A stretch of DNA of 64,000 bases from Amphiscolops sp. MND2022 (Eukaryota). Each line of letters opens with the position of its first letter. The stretch's first letter is position 1. A program made the translations under genes and the position numbers. The stretch spans positions 21,020,001 through 21,084,000 of the forward strand of contig OZ076409.1 in assembly GCA_964187785.1 (NCBI GenBank). The letters are read 5' to 3'. Below are positions 1-13,538 of this stretch, in pieces. A model generated the notes under the pieces. The model ran no database searches. It saw nothing but the letters and a program-made list of their open reading frames with translations, and was not told the DNA's origin.

Positions 1-4
1 CGGT

Positions 5-1189
5 GTGTGCCGGTATCCCACCAAACCACTGGCGAGAGCAGTGCAGGTGCACATGGTCTCCTTCTGCACCTATCTCCAAGGCCGCCCCCCACTGACCTAT
101 CAGCGCATCGTGCAGGCCGTATTGAGTGGCGAGGTGCCGCATGGGTATACCACCTTGAAGTCGGAGAAACAGCTGGAAGAGAACTTGATGGGTCTGTTGC
201 GTGCCCGCACACGAAAGGCGTGCCCTTTGACACGAGAATACGGCCAAGTCAACTGGTACTCCGCGCCTCTCAGCCTGAATGGAGTCCCCTTTAGATTCCC
301 TTGGTCGCAGGAGTTTATACGCAAAGTGATCCGTGCCAGCACTAGTGCTGGTCCACCAATAGATCCCCTGTACGCCTTCAAGTGCATCACCTTCCCAAAT
401 CACTACTGGAAGGAGCCACTGGGATGGCCCAGAGCAAAACCCGTTGGTCGCGCCCCTGAAGCCTTCAATCGCCAAATCCAGTATGTTGAATTGGCTCAGA
501 TCCCAAATTGGATTGAAGGAGCAGCTCAGACTCGTCAGAGGAACCTGCAAAGACGCGTGACTCCGTTCCCTAGAAGAGCTGCCTGGAGACCGCAGGCCAA
601 GATGACGATGTCAGGGGATATGTCCATCGTCCAGCACGATGAGATCAATTCCGTGCTAGGCCCCGAAGCCCGCGCAGAGTGGGAAGGACATTGCTTGGAG
701 CTGGAGAATGCCAGCTTCCCAAAATGGAAGCGAGCTTGCGAGCTCTGGAGTCAGCCTGGCTGGGTCTCCAAACGAATATCCTTGGCCGTGGAGAGTAGAG
801 CTGAACTCGAGAGACAACAGGCGTTCGCGCCTGCCATGCTGGCACCCACAATGGCCATGTCATTAAGTCAGCCCATCGACCGGCCCGTGACTCTGGATTT
901 GCCTACCCATGTTCTACAGCCAGAGCCTGTGAGTCCACCATCGACACAGGCCAGTCCTCAGTCATCGCAACCCCAAACCGGAGAACACGCCGCTGAACTG
1001 ACCCCTAACACTATCCTGGTGCAGCCGATCGCCGATTTAGCGCTCCCAGAAGACCTATCAGACTCGGAAACAGTAGTTACTGTGGTTCCTGCTCAACGTA
1101 GAGCGTCAGTTGCGTCGGAAGATGCCAGCAATCCAGGAACTCCCGATGATGCCATAAAGAATCGAGCTCGACGCAGCTCAGCCCAATAA
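5..1189 (+). CDS. Unknown protein, 5'-truncated; probable accessory ORF upstream of the 3' LTR
   Basis: 394 open codons in GC-richer sequence, with a Pro/Ser/Gln-rich C-terminus and AATAAA overlapping the stop. No RT, integrase or env motifs recognised. Confidence 0.6.
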   Translation: MCRYPTKPLARAVQVHMVSFCTYLQGRPPLTYQRIVQAVLSGEVPHGYTTLKSEKQLEENLMGLLRARTRKACPLTREYGQVNWYSAPLSLNGVPFRFPWSQEFIRKVIRASTSAGPPIDPLYAFKCITFPNHYWKEPLGWPRAKPVGRAPEAFNRQIQYVELAQIPNWIEGAAQTRQRNLQRRVTPFPRRAAWRPQAKMTMSGDMSIVQHDEINSVLGPEARAEWEGHCLELENASFPKWKRACELWSQPGWVSKRISLAVESRAELERQQAFAPAMLAPTMAMSLSQPIDRPVTLDLPTHVLQPEPVSPPSTQASPQSSQPQTGEHAAELTPNTILVQPIADLALPEDLSDSETVVTVVPAQRRASVASEDASNPGTPDDAIKNRARRSSAQ

Positions 1190-1962
1190 ACCCTGCCGCC
1201 AATGGGAGCGTTCGCGCTCCCTATAGACTCTAAACTCCGCCGAAACTGTGCCTTCAAACTTATCGCTTTAACCGGTGCTACCCGTACATGGTGCAATTTT
1301 TTGTTCATAGTTATTACTTAGTTAATGTATTGTTAGTAATGCGCTGGGAGTACGGCCAATAGAGTGCGCCTGCCCCAGCTGCTTCGCCTACAAAAGTAAA
1401 CAAGAATCTATTACCAAAGAGAAACTGCTATTTTTGTTGCGCGCCGTTCGCGGTGTTTTTGAGTTGCCATAGCCAAGAAAAAGTCTTAGCCTTTTAGTTA
1501 CGGTTTTTGCTGTTTTTCCTTGTGTTTTGGTGTTCAAGCATCTTCTATCGACTGTCTAAGGAGTAGCCGAAGCGGCGCCCTCCCAAAAGAAGTTTTACGT
1601 TGCCCGAAATTGACCGAAAACTGTAAATGTCAAGTTGCATAAAAAAAGGAGATTTTAGCTGACCTTGGTCGCAAAAGAATTTTTAGCGAAAACTGCTTGC
1701 CCAAACGAGTTTTAACCGACTGAAAACCTTAGCTCTCGAGCTGGTGCTAAAACCTCGTTTGCATTTTTGTAAAAAATACTAGGCAGTAAAATTTTCCTTG
1801 AAAAAAACCGCGAAATTTGCCAAAAATAGTTGCTGAAAAACAAGGACTCGTCCTTGTCCCCTGTGGTGTGGATGATGGTTCCCAGCAGTCACTGCGATGC
1901 CGTTTCCAGACGAGGCCAGATGCCGCTTGCCAGGAACGACAAGCCAGAAGCCCGGGGAGTGA

Positions 1963-2677
1963 TGTAACGGCAACTGCCCATGTCAAAATTTTCGAAGCAA
2001 AAATTCGTTCGAATCTGACGTGGCACTCAAACATGCTCCAGACGAAAGACCTGTCAGAAAAGCATATCAGAAATCAGAAATCGCCCCCCGCGAGAGACGA
2101 CGAGAAGAGAAGACGTAGAAATCAGTCCCTAGAACACGGTGATGTGCCCATCTTTGGCGTTTACACTACATAGGTAGCAGAAACCGGTGTTCCAGATGCT
2201 CGCCTGAAGATCCTGCGGTGTCCTGTGCGGTGACGAGCGCTAGCGCTGGGAAGCCATGGTCGATTCGTTCCTGTTAGATAACTCAAACTTCTGATGTTGT
2301 TATGCTTATTGTGCTTTCCTTGTTGTAGTAGATTGATATGCTCGAGAGCTGCCCATTTAACATCTGTAGTTACCCCTTTTGATGTCGATTTTATCAGATT
2401 CTCCAATACTATGGCTCAACATCCTCCTTTTTTCAGCCCCCTTTTTAAAGGCTAATTGAGCAGTGGTCTTGAGACATGCAAGATGCCCGTTACTTTTAGC
2501 AGTTACAGACTAGGACCAGGCCAGAGAGTTTCCAACAAGACGGTTCCCCCACCTTGGGACTGGCTCCTTCGGAGGGAAAATGAGCTAGGGCCGCGGAGAT
2601 CTATGTCCCGGATTATATTCGCTGTTCTAGTTCCTCCACTCTACGTTGCGGTTCAAGCGCCAGCGCTTATCGTTACA
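1963..2677 (+). repeat. LTR (715 bp, TGTAACG...CGTTACA)
   Basis: 7-bp terminal inverted repeat with TG...CA ends and an upstream purine tract. Confidence 0.7.
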
Positions 2678-5600
2678 TACGTATTCAGAGCTTTGAAGTC
2701 TCCGGTCGGATTCATCAATCTAATTAGGGTTTAGACAAAATTGGTGTTTCAGACCTAACTAGTTTACTTTTTTTCAAAATAACGGCGCAGCATAGCGAAC
2801 ATGGCGCGAAAAACCCAACCCCGTTTTTCTAGCTGCGTCTCCCGCTGATGTTTTCTGCAAATTGCTTGTTTATCATCACAGAACAGAAAAGAATAAATAT
2901 TTAATTGTTTTTTTTTGGTACGTATTTATTTAGTACAAGAAAAACAAGTTCAAACTCAAATTGAAACCGACCAAAAAAGCTCGATTGTTTTCGATTCTTC
3001 GATTTTGTAACCTCTAAATGACAAAAAGATACAAAACGTTGTTTTGTTATGATTAATACAAAATCATTTTCCTCGAACCACCTGTTCTAACTGATTTCTG
3101 TTAGGACTTTTAAAATCAACAGAAATTGATTCGAAGATCTTAACGAGTTGAATCTTGAGTTTAATGTCAATATTTCTTGAGGCTCGTTCTTTTCGATTTG
3201 TTATTTTCCGCCCACATAAACAGGGGAGGAAATCATAATCTGTGTTACGTTTTTTTTCCAAATTCTGTCAAATCTCTACTTCTTACTCCACTTTTATATA
3301 ATCTCCTGGTGCTTATAAAAAGACCTGCCATTTGTCCTAGCATGCTCTATCCGAACTTTTAACGTTATATACGAAGTAAATTGCGTTTTACTAAGAAGGA
3401 GGCGGAGGTTCCAAAACAAGTCATCGCATTTGAAGGCGAGAATCATCCCGTTGCACAGCGGACGTCTTGTTTTAAAACAAAGTAATTACTTTCATTGTAA
3501 CTAATGGCTCTTGTTGTTTCTTTTGGTTTACGTTGCAATTCAAAACCAAGACGAACTGGAACAGTGATTCATTACGTAATAGTCGAAACAATTCGCTTAC
3601 CAGTTTCGCAAACCTACAAAACATAGGCTGTTAGGGTTTTGTTGCTTTTATATATGCACTGAATACAGTCTTGGGGCTATATTGATTGGTCCTTTTAAAC
3701 CGACTGCAGGCCGTTTTCTGTTCGCTTCGTTCACTGGTTCCAAATCCAATTCTGTTGTGCTTCTTAACAGTTATAGAAAAGATATGATTGATTGAAATCA
3801 TGATCAAAAAAACAACTGATTGCGTTTGCTTGGAAAGAGATGCCTAACATTACATGTCAAACCACGGAAGTTTTCTCAGTGAACTTTTTGTAACGGAATC
3901 GATATGTTTGTTGAAAGAAATCTTTAACGACGTAAATAATCAGATTTGTATCAGCTGTTTTCTTTTAGATGATAGGACCATGAGCTTTTAACTTTTCCGG
4001 GTCGCCGGAACATGAGTTCGCTTTTGTAACATTTACTTTCTGCTTCTACATCGCGGATAATTGTCTCGAAAACATTAGTCGTAAACATTTCTACCGGTCC
4101 TACAAAGTTTGTAAATCCGTCCAAAAGTTTTTCCGTCCGTATTTAACATGGAAAATATTTGAATCAGCCGCGTTTTTTTTTTTTACAAATTTTACAATTT
4201 TCCAAAGTAATATCCAAGTTAAAGGGCTTCATCCATAGAATTCAACTAAACGTAAAATTAGTAGCATGCGATGAGTATTTGTAGAGACTTTTGTTTTTTT
4301 TAGTGACCCGAAAGACACCGGAATGACACAAAGCTGACAAAAACTCCAAAAGCTCAGATTTTCAACGTTTTTTGCAACTGTTGCCAAGTCTTCGCAAAAC
4401 ATCGTGGCTCAAAATGTCGACACGTTCAAAAAGGAAAACAATTCGTTGTCTCTGAAGAATTAAATGCAATTTTAAAATGAAAAATTGCTTCAAATTGCGA
4501 CCGAAATTTACAGAAATTCCAGAACTTTTTTTCACTTTTGTCGAAGTTTCAGATTTCGTGGATCAGAACGGTGAAATCGTTGAACAACGAATGAGTTCGT
4601 TGTCCAAAGGGAATACTGGGGGAGATAATTGCCGTTTTGTTGAATAAAAAATGCCACAAACTGACCCAGGAATAGTCTAGAAGTCTATTTTTGCAAATTT
4701 TATTTTTCAACGCAATGTCCATGAAAAAATTCAAAACCCGAAGTCAAAAGTTTCCCTTTTTTGACAGTTTTAGTCTTTGTTTGTGAAGTGAAATTTTTTG
4801 GGAGCTAAACGGTCCTAAAGCTCCAGACGAAATATCAAGCTGTAACAAAACTTTGTATTCTTTCAAGTGTAACATCTCAGATTGACTCAGAGAAGTTGCA
4901 AATGTGAAACCTTTCCAAAACTCGTGTTTTGTTGTAAATTTCGTCAATTTTCGTCTGATAGAAAAAAGCAAATTTCATTGAGAAACAAACCCCTAATGAA
5001 GTAAACTTTTTGAACACCCATTGCTGTTTCCTGTTAATAAGATCCAGATATGACACAAAATTTACAATTTTTGACTTTAACGCAATTCTTTCGAAAATTT
5101 TCTTCAAAAAGACACGAAGTTTTTCAGATTTTCGTTTTTCATGCATTTTCTGTACAGTTTTGGCAGGTTTTCGCAGTTGAGAAGGTTCAAAACACTCAAA
5201 CGAGAACAAACTAGCTGAACAGTATGCTTTTTTGAAGCGAGAAAGTTGTAGTGTTTTCCTTCAGGGACACTTCAAAATGATGCTTTTTGAGGTGTTTACC
5301 TTTGAAAAGGGATGACAATTTTCGAAATCTTTCAGAACTTTTTACATGAAACTTATGTTCTTTTTGATAGTGCATTGGCTACTCTTGAGCCTCAATTTTA
5401 TGTCGTTGCTAGAACAGTTTGGATGGAAAAGATTCGTATAGTGCTATTGAGCTAGCGTCTTGTTTATAATTTAGTAGTATGAAAAAAACATGAAACCAGG
5501 AAGTTTTGGTGGATTTGAAAAGAAGAAGGCACTTCAAATAGAAAGGATACATTGATTTTCATTAGTGACTTTGTTGAGGTGTTGAGACGCCCAACGGTAC

Positions 5601-5998
5601 TTGATGTTGATGATATCCAATCAAGGTTGTTTTTCTTGGATTTTAAACTCGATTGAAGCAAATTCGAAGGCACTTCAGAAATTGTGTTTCTTCCAATGTT
5701 CTGAACAATTGAAGATATTGCGTGCTTCTCCAGTTATGACTTATTGCTAGAACTATTTCAAATTCAAAAGCAGGTGAATGCACAATTTTGGAGTTGGGAG
5801 ATGTTACGACTACCTAACAGAGTGTTATTTTGAGTAGTCGTTTTGGTTCGTAAGCAAGTTAATGTAGGTGCAAGGAATGTATTTTGAGGCTTTTCTGGTT
5901 TCGAGTTATCATTTCTGATAGTAACAATATGTTTCGAAGAGCCTTGAATTTTTTAACGAAATCGTTCTATATTCCACAGGAACACGATTAAAGTAGTA

Positions 5999-7250
5999 CA
6001 GTTGGGGTCAAAATGATTCGGCACATCGAACAAATAGTTTTTTTCAGGGTAATTGAACTAAGACACTTTCGACAGCTAAACAGTTTCGACAAACTTACTA
6101 TCGGGGAGGCTTTCCCCTTGTTATATGAACAGCTTTAATTCTATCGGGGATTGTTTTTTATGAATCTGCTATTTTTTGATCAGGAAAAGCATAGAATTCT
6201 TCCTGTATCATTGCCCATAACTGATCCATATTGTCAAATTCGAGTCCTTCCAGGGCGGCGTTGAGAATTTTCCATATATGTTCAATAATATTTAGGAACC
6301 TCGCTGGCCAATCAGGAATTAGGGGTATGCCCAGGTCCTCCGTTACCTCTCTTGTCTGGTTGGCACGTTGCATTATCTTGCTGGAATAGAACCCCACATT
6401 GGAAAATTGGGGCCAAAACATCCTTTAAAATGTTCCAATATTGTGTACTATCCATGGAACCCTGCACCCCCACCAACTGACGGTGCCCCGATGCCCAAAC
6501 AGAGCCCCATACCAAAAGTTTTTGATTGTGATTTTTGGATATTTCGCCGAAAATTTCGATTTGGAATGTTCAATGCATTCGCTTGGTCGACAAACAAACT
6601 GTGCCTTTTTGAGACTGGTCTATCATAGTTTTGTCTGAGAAACCCACTTTTTCCCACTCTTGAACTGTGCTTTTTGCACCACTCAAATCTGGCGGTTCTG
6701 TTGGTCTGTGATGAAATTAGTTTTTTGGCAGTTACTTGTCATTTGAGCCCCATTTTTTGTACCTTTCTACGCACGGTACGTGTGGAAAACTTTGAACTTG
6801 GCTCCACTACTTTTTGAGTCGTTTCGAGATTGAAAAGGGACATGCATTTGGAAGTCGCCCTAGCAAACGTTTGGATTAAATGGGACTTTGGGTGGTCTCC
6901 CAATGCTAACGAAGGTGTCACGTGTCTGTCTTTCTTTTATTTTGTTATAATATCACCCACTGTTGATCAGGGAATGCCCGCATATTTCAAAATTTTCACC
7001 TACGAAAAATGTTAGTTTTGCAATCGGACAGCCATTTCTCGGGCAAAAATGGGTTCCAGCGCACCCATAAATTTACCAACACTAACACAACTTTTTAGAC
7101 AATTGTATGCGTAAAACAAGAAGATAAATTACGCGAGTCAATGTTTTATGTCGAAAATAGGCGAAATCAAATTAAAAATATCAACAAAAACGTGCCCAAC
7201 GCAAAACACGCAATAAAAAGTAACCTGCCGAATTATTTTGAGCATGACTG
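5999..7250 (-). mobile_element. Decayed Tc1-like DNA transposon (DD34E-type transposase pseudogene)
   Basis: Imperfect TIRs: CAGTTGGGGTCAAAATGATTCGGCA versus the reverse complement of the right end, CAGTCATGCTCAAAATAATTCGGCA. TA at the left flank. Frameshifted motifs MVWG, FQQDNA and WPA..LNIIEHIW. Confidence 0.85.
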
Positions 7251-7284
7251 TGGCTGAACTTGTAATTGACAAACAAATATGTTT

Positions 7285-7760
7285 ATACTTTTTCAGCATC
7301 TTTCGTTCGTCACCTAAAATTTCCTAGTCATCAAAAAATCGAACTTGTTTACAGCAAACCCTTGTTGATACATATTATTTCAGTCCGGCGTCTAGAAATC
7401 AGGTATGAAAGATCCTAGTCGCGTCAACCATTCGCCAACCTTTGTTGGAAACAATTTTGTTCTGGTGAACATAGTTCCTGTCTTAGCGCCATTAAAGCGG
7501 CAAAATTAGGCTTGTTCATACTTTGAATTCATACGCTAGGCGTGAACAATTACTCAACAACCAGTTCAGAAATTGGGAAAACCAAGAATATATGATGACT
7601 CGCAATTTTGGCTGCAGGACTGAAACGAAGAAAAAGTGTTCTAAGAATGGCAAGCCAAAATTGGAGAAATAATACTAGAAAAGAATATGCATTCAACAAC
7701 TAATGCACTGGTATTAACACATCATCTTCAACAAGTAACTTCATAAACCAGTATAAAATG
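7285..7760 (+). repeat. Diverged interspersed repeat, copy 1
   Basis: Alignable by eye with the region from about 12258 (tatacttttt/ccagcatc...cacctaaaa...atttcagtcc.gcgtc...aaatcaggtat). Ends are approximate. Confidence 0.6.
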
Positions 7761-10700
7761 TTGGTTACATTCTTATTGAATCAGCGTTAGTGAACAATTT
7801 AGAACTGGAAACAAAACGGTGACCTTACGTCAAACAAATGCATAAACATCACGGTTGAGAATATTCTCCTAGAGCAACAATTCAACATAGTCGTAATCGA
7901 TAGATTTAACGATTGATATAAGTACCATAACCATAAAACAAGTTCTGTGATGATAATAACAATAATAGCACATTCAGATAAAGTTAACGTGAGTCGATGT
8001 TGAATTCACGTCACGTAGTTCCAATGTTTGAATACAACGATATTTACTCATGAATAAAGGTTGAATATTCTGGATTTTTCGTGATTTTAACCACTAATTA
8101 CTCTTTCAAAGATTAGCACATCGCTTGCGGTAGTTCAGTTGAAATACTTATTTAAAGTTGACGTAGAGGTTCAGAAAAATTTACCTGTAACGTACTGCCA
8201 ACGTGGTTAATAGTCACTTTTCTAGAGAGATTATATTATGAAAGAATAGCGCTTTAGCCGATAGTTTCAATCTTCATCTTACAACACAGCTGTTTATTTG
8301 TCTAAAATACGACCTAATCATCGTGTATTCCTTACGATGTAAGAGTCTTTTCCTTTTGAAGATAACATTGAGGTTGAGTCAACCTTCGAATGCAACATAG
8401 CGTCAACCTGTGTATTGAGATGAGCTATAGCTGACCGAGACGTTATGACGAGCTTTAGAAAATCTTTCCAATTCTCTAATTAGTGACGTCACAAAATCAT
8501 TCCAAAGAATAGAGTATTGCTAGCAACCTTTTTTGTCACAAAAATCATTCCAATTAGTTCACCACAGTATATTTAATTGAAATAATCGGGTCCAAAGCGA
8601 TAACAGCCGGAAGCTGGCTGTGACAGGAGATATGCGACTTTCCATTGTAAGGAGGTGTTGAAAGTAAACTGTCGCACAAAATTCGTACATGAAGCATAAT
8701 ATTGTTATCTTTTGAAATAACAGAATCAATCGTTAACAGAATCAAGGTTTTTCGTGTTTTTTTCTAGAAGTTTCAAAAAATGACGAGTAATTTATAATTT
8801 TTTGATTTACATCAAATTTAATTTGCTAAAACAGCCGCTAGCATCACTGCTTGTGATTAAATACGAAAAGACTCAATTGCATGTATTCAATATACATCAC
8901 TAGGAACTAATAAATTATTGTTTGATAGTTTCACACGCAATCAATAATTCAATAGTTCTTTTGCAAATATTGGACGATAAATTACGTCATGCACACTTCT
9001 ACCTGACATAACTTGGCGGACCCATTTCGACACCTATAGGTTTTCAAGTTTCGAAAAGTACGAGCCATGGTCTTGTATAAATATATTTTCGAAGCGTCCT
9101 ATTTTTGTTTGACTGCAAAATATGTTTCTCTAGAGTGGAAACTTCCCAAATTAAAATTCAAGTTTTTTTAATATTGGTTAAGTTTTCCATTTTAGACGAG
9201 GGTTCAAACTTCCTTTAATTTTCACGAATCCACTTCGCCAGCTTATGTCACTTGAGTTTATCAAGTCTTTTATAATCGAATGATCAATTTAGCTTGATTA
9301 CGCCTGTCGGAAGGCATTTTTTTACCTGTAAATGATTGGGGCTTGTCCTTCATTCAATGTTGATTCCCTCTGGAAAACTCGAGTTTTCCACCCCACAATG
9401 TCAGGAAAACTTGGATTTAAAGCACATTTCTGCTAATCAGTGCACATTGTCTTTTTTTCATTGAAAACAAGTAGCTGAAAAAATGGTAAAGTTTGAAGAA
9501 ATAGGCGTGTATTTATATTTCACGAACTTCTATTTCAAAGCAAATTTGAAGCGATTAGTGATAGCTAAATTTCAATACTTTATTTATATTGAAGTATTTG
9601 CTGTGTTGGAATAAATCATAATAAATAATGAAAGTTCCCTCTTAGAACCTTGGGCGAAAAAAAAATAGAAGGACTTACCATGTATTTTCCATAGCAAAAT
9701 GCTAATACAGCTCTAAAGATATTTCAAGCCCAGTGCACAATCTTAGAAGAATGCGTACCCTTTCGATATTGCGGCTCTTTTAGCTGATAAATACTTCTGA
9801 TAATGCATATAAAGGGGTTAACCAAATCTTATGGGATGTGCTTAGAAGATGAATGTTCAGCATTCCGTAAATGTCAATTACCCAAAAAAACTGCTCACAT
9901 TTCTCTGTGGAATTGAAAGAAAACACTTTTGACCAAAGCGTCGTCAATATTCTTGTCTAAAAAGCAGATGCGTTATTTATGAACGTCTTCGCGCTTAATG
10001 ACAAAGGCGAAAAGAGCCTCCTAAAAAGTAGCTTTCAAAAGGGGTCGAGAGAAAAGATAGATAAATTATATCAGCTCTGTGTCATGGAAAATACCGGCGA
10101 CTTTAAAGAGGCGAGATTTACTATGCTCATTAATGTTCCAAGCTCCTAAGTGTTTGAGAGGAATTGAAAGAATTTTCAAAAATTGATTTTTTCTTACATT
10201 AAATTTTTTCCCGGTTTAGTCACTGCATTAAAAAATTAGAAAAGAATTTTGTGAATGATTTCTCCATTTTGTTCATTCAAGTCAGTGTGTCCAATTTGGC
10301 TGAATTTTTTTCAAGATTTCAATTTTTCCTGGAGTGAACACTTCGGAAGTCCATGATGAAATATTTTAGGTAAAGAATTTTGAACGGTTATAGAAGGTTT
10401 TGATAAACTTTGTTTGAGAGAAAAGTTTAGAGAAAAAGTCTAAGGATTAGACCAAACTCTTTGTACATGTACGTTTTAGGTAGTTTTTCAAGATCCTGGT
10501 TTCGAAATTCGGTTTTCCAAAGCAACTGTGGAAAAAATAAAATCACTGTAAAAATGTCAGCTCTAACTTTGAACAGTTTTTATCAATCGCACGCTGATTA
10601 AATTAACAAATCAATATGAAAGCTGCACCAGTTTAGTTTGAAACCTTTGACGAAAATGGTGCGTGAAAAACTCTTGGAACCTTTCACAAAAATCTTACGT

Positions 10701-11323
10701 ATTCTTGAAACCCTTGGTAAAAACGTGGCAAGATTCTTTCCAAAAATGCCAACGCTATGTACGATTTTGCACAACAAAAACAGCACAACAAAAACTCGGT
10801 GAAATCCAAACATTACGAGAAGTCTTTTCAAGAAACCCGAAACAAAACAAGAACAAGCGAGGAAAAACAAGAGGTCTCAAGAATCCCATTTACAGCCTAG
10901 TGACCCGCAAACAAACTGAAGCATTGAATTTCCAGAGTAAAATCCGAAATCACTCGAAAAAAATTAGCACTTTAGATCGAAATCATTACCCTAATTATAC
11001 AACATTGGAGTCCGTCAAAGTGCATTCAAAATCTTTGAATGTCCTTTGAAGAAAATCCATTATCCTTGATGGAGTTCACAGTTACTTCAAAGGTTTCAAT
11101 TGACTATCCGAAAGTACTTACTCGTGAGAATTTCACATTTTCACCGGGAAAATATCTGAAACCACTGCAGATTAAGATCTGAAATCACGTTTCCAACTCG
11201 ATCCTCAAAATCATGAAATTCGATGATATTCCTGAAAAATACAAAAAAAATAGAATATTGTCGCCTTTTTCAAATGTTTTGCTAAATTTGCAGCACGAGT
11301 GACCAGGAAGCTGGAAAAGCTGA

Positions 11324-11575
11324 ACATGCTACAACATTCACCCTTCTTTGATTTTCAATTCAGTTTTTTTTCTTGAAACAAATGTTGCCATGAATAATGT
11401 CAAAAACTCAAGTTCCATTTTTTAAGATCTTATCAAGTGTTTGAAGAATTTCTAAAAAAAATTCAAGACCTATAAGATATTTAAAAATTGGAACTTGAGT
11501 TTTTGACATTGTTTGGCAAGATTTGTTTAAAAAAACTGAATTGAAAATCAAAGAAGGGTGAATGTTGTAGCATGT
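11324..11575. repeat. Near-perfect 250-bp palindrome (foldback/MITE-like)
   Basis: acatgctacaacattcacccttctttgattttcaattcag... is the reverse complement of ...ctgaattgaaaatcaaagaagggtgaatgttgtagcatgt. The arms extend almost to the centre. Confidence 0.85.
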
Positions 11576-11738
11576 ATAGACTACAGTTTCAAGTAATTCT
11601 GCTCTTGGTTTTCTCCGTCTGCTAGATTCAAGAACTTGCGATATCTTGGGAAAATTTCAAAAACTTGGAAAAACAAACCTTTTTTGGATAGTTTTCCATA
11701 ATTTAGAATTGATTACATAAAAATTTCAAGGAGGTTGG

Positions 11739-12257
11739 TGTTACGACTATTGTTCGGTGTTGTTTTGGAATTAGTCGCAGTTATTGTTTTAACAGGTGTT
11801 GACGTCCTAGCAACAGAGATGTTTTCAAACTCAGAATCAGTATACTGGTCATTGGTGTAGACAGAGCGCTTCCTGTTCAATGGTGCTATCAATTTAAGCC
11901 TTTCTTTTTGGTTCTCAGCTAGTATTTTGGACAGATCAGATGAAATCTCTTTTCTCAAAGATGTTTTTATTTCGTCTAAGTTGTCTGGCTCAAACCTGAG
12001 AGTTTTACTAGGGCCTGCGATTAGATCCTCAGATGGGATGTTCTCGATTACAGAAGCTTCAAAATCTATAGAAACTAGCTCAGCTACAGCTCTTCTTTTT
12101 TGACTTCTAGTTGTCAATTTTTCAGGTTGAAAAATGAAAGTCTTCGGCAATATTGAATTCTTCGAAGAAGATTATTTTTTGCTATTTCAACGAAACAATT
12201 TTAGTACAAGTGGAATTACAAAACTGCCTAACTCTTTACATGTGTTCTACCTATATA
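11739..12257 (-). mobile_element. Partial LTR (3' part) containing a putative gag N-terminal reading frame
   Basis: ORF (x)TTRSQKRRAVAELVS...KTTPNNSRN runs to a ...AGTCGTAACA end. TATA-like TATATATAG lies upstream. Same layout as the LTRs at 45886 and 53229. Confidence 0.6.
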
Positions 12258-12760
12258 TACTTTTCCAGCATCATTTGTTCCTCACCTAAAAATTCCTAAG
12301 TATCACAAAAATTGGGTTTATTCATCGAAAAGTGATAATGATTGAAATCATTTCAGTCCCGCGTCATAAAATCAGGTATCGAAATTCTTAGTTGCCTCGC
12401 TACTCCGTAATATTTGTTGAAATCGTTTTTGTTCAGGCAATTCCAATTCTGTTTGAGTCTCAAAATTGCGGCAAAATAAAAGTCTAGCTGAAATTTTCAT
12501 CGACGAAAGCACGCCGGCGTGTTAAATTAGTCACTCTCCAAGTTAGGAAATTAATGTTCGAAGCAAAAGTATGACACTCAAAAATATCGACGGAAACGAA
12601 GCGGAGTAAAGAAATTTGGAAAATGGAAAATGCCTAAATACTGGAAAGGAACAAACGATGCTGAAACGACATATCGCAATTATCAACGCAAACAAATATT
12701 CATCATACTTTTAACAATAGTATGGGTTGAACGCAAACATTAACAATTACAACGCGGACA
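12258..12760 (+). repeat. Diverged interspersed repeat, copy 2
   Basis: Similar to 7285-7760. Ends are approximate. Confidence 0.55.
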
Positions 12761-13404
12761 ACCCGTTTGTATAAAACATCAACACCGTCAAAATTAGAAA
12801 AAAGTGTAAAATTCTCAGTTGTCAAAATAAGCAACAAACTAGCATCGAAATAGTAGCATCTCATGATTGCAGTAATAGCACAAACTCAGAAAATTGCAAG
12901 AGGGCATTTGGAAAATGAATTGATCTTACGTTGCATCTTCGGTCTTATTGTCAAAAATATATCTTGCATAAGATGAAGTTTCTCAATTGGAACTCTCCTG
13001 TCAATGAATTAACTGCAACGTAAGTCAAACGTGTTTTTTGTCATCAGTAACATGTGCACTTTGCATTATTACTGTCATTGCATTCAGTGAAAATGGGCAG
13101 AACTAAGTATATTGAGGTTAACATCATGAAGCTGCTTTGATAGTTTTGGGGAATTTGCATCTTTTTGAAATTGGCATCATTATGGGGTTTACAGATACAA
13201 AATAGAATTGGGCGTAACGTAAAATACACGTAAAATTAAAATCACGTTATGTTTGTTTCATCACTTACTTATTACCAAGTTAACACTTTAATCTTCTTTA
13301 CAGTACAGTTTTAATTATTTGAAATCCTGTTCCAAAAATCTCTTAAATGCATCGATTCAAAAAGGAACTGCGTCAGAATTTCGTTTGTACCAATACTTCA
13401 TACC

Positions 13405-13538
13405 TACAGTTTTGCAATTTGCTCCGTAGATGCTCCGTACGTATTAAGATTAGTTATAGCTAAGCAGCGGAATACAATTTTACAATCCGCTCCGTAGTTG
13501 CTCCGTACTTATTAAGATTAGTTATAGCTGAGCAGCGA
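13405..13538. repeat. Tandem duplication, 68-bp period, 2 copies
   Basis: gctccgtag.tgctccgtac.tattaagattagttatagct.agcagcg at 13421 and 13489. Confidence 0.85.

Larger units (their letters stand above)
1..2677 (+). mobile_element. 3' end of an LTR retrotransposon (Gypsy-like): accessory ORF, PPT and 3' LTR; extends beyond the window start
   Basis: Purine-rich AGAAGCCCGGGGAGTGA immediately precedes TGTAACG at 1963. The matching inverted terminus CGTTACA ends at 2677. Composition falls to AT-rich host-like DNA soon after. Confidence 0.7.

Noticed and set aside
9660..10140. Possible Harbinger-like DDE nuclease remnant (LLADK..., PKK)
   Set aside because: Too decayed; the motifs are too short to support a call by eye.
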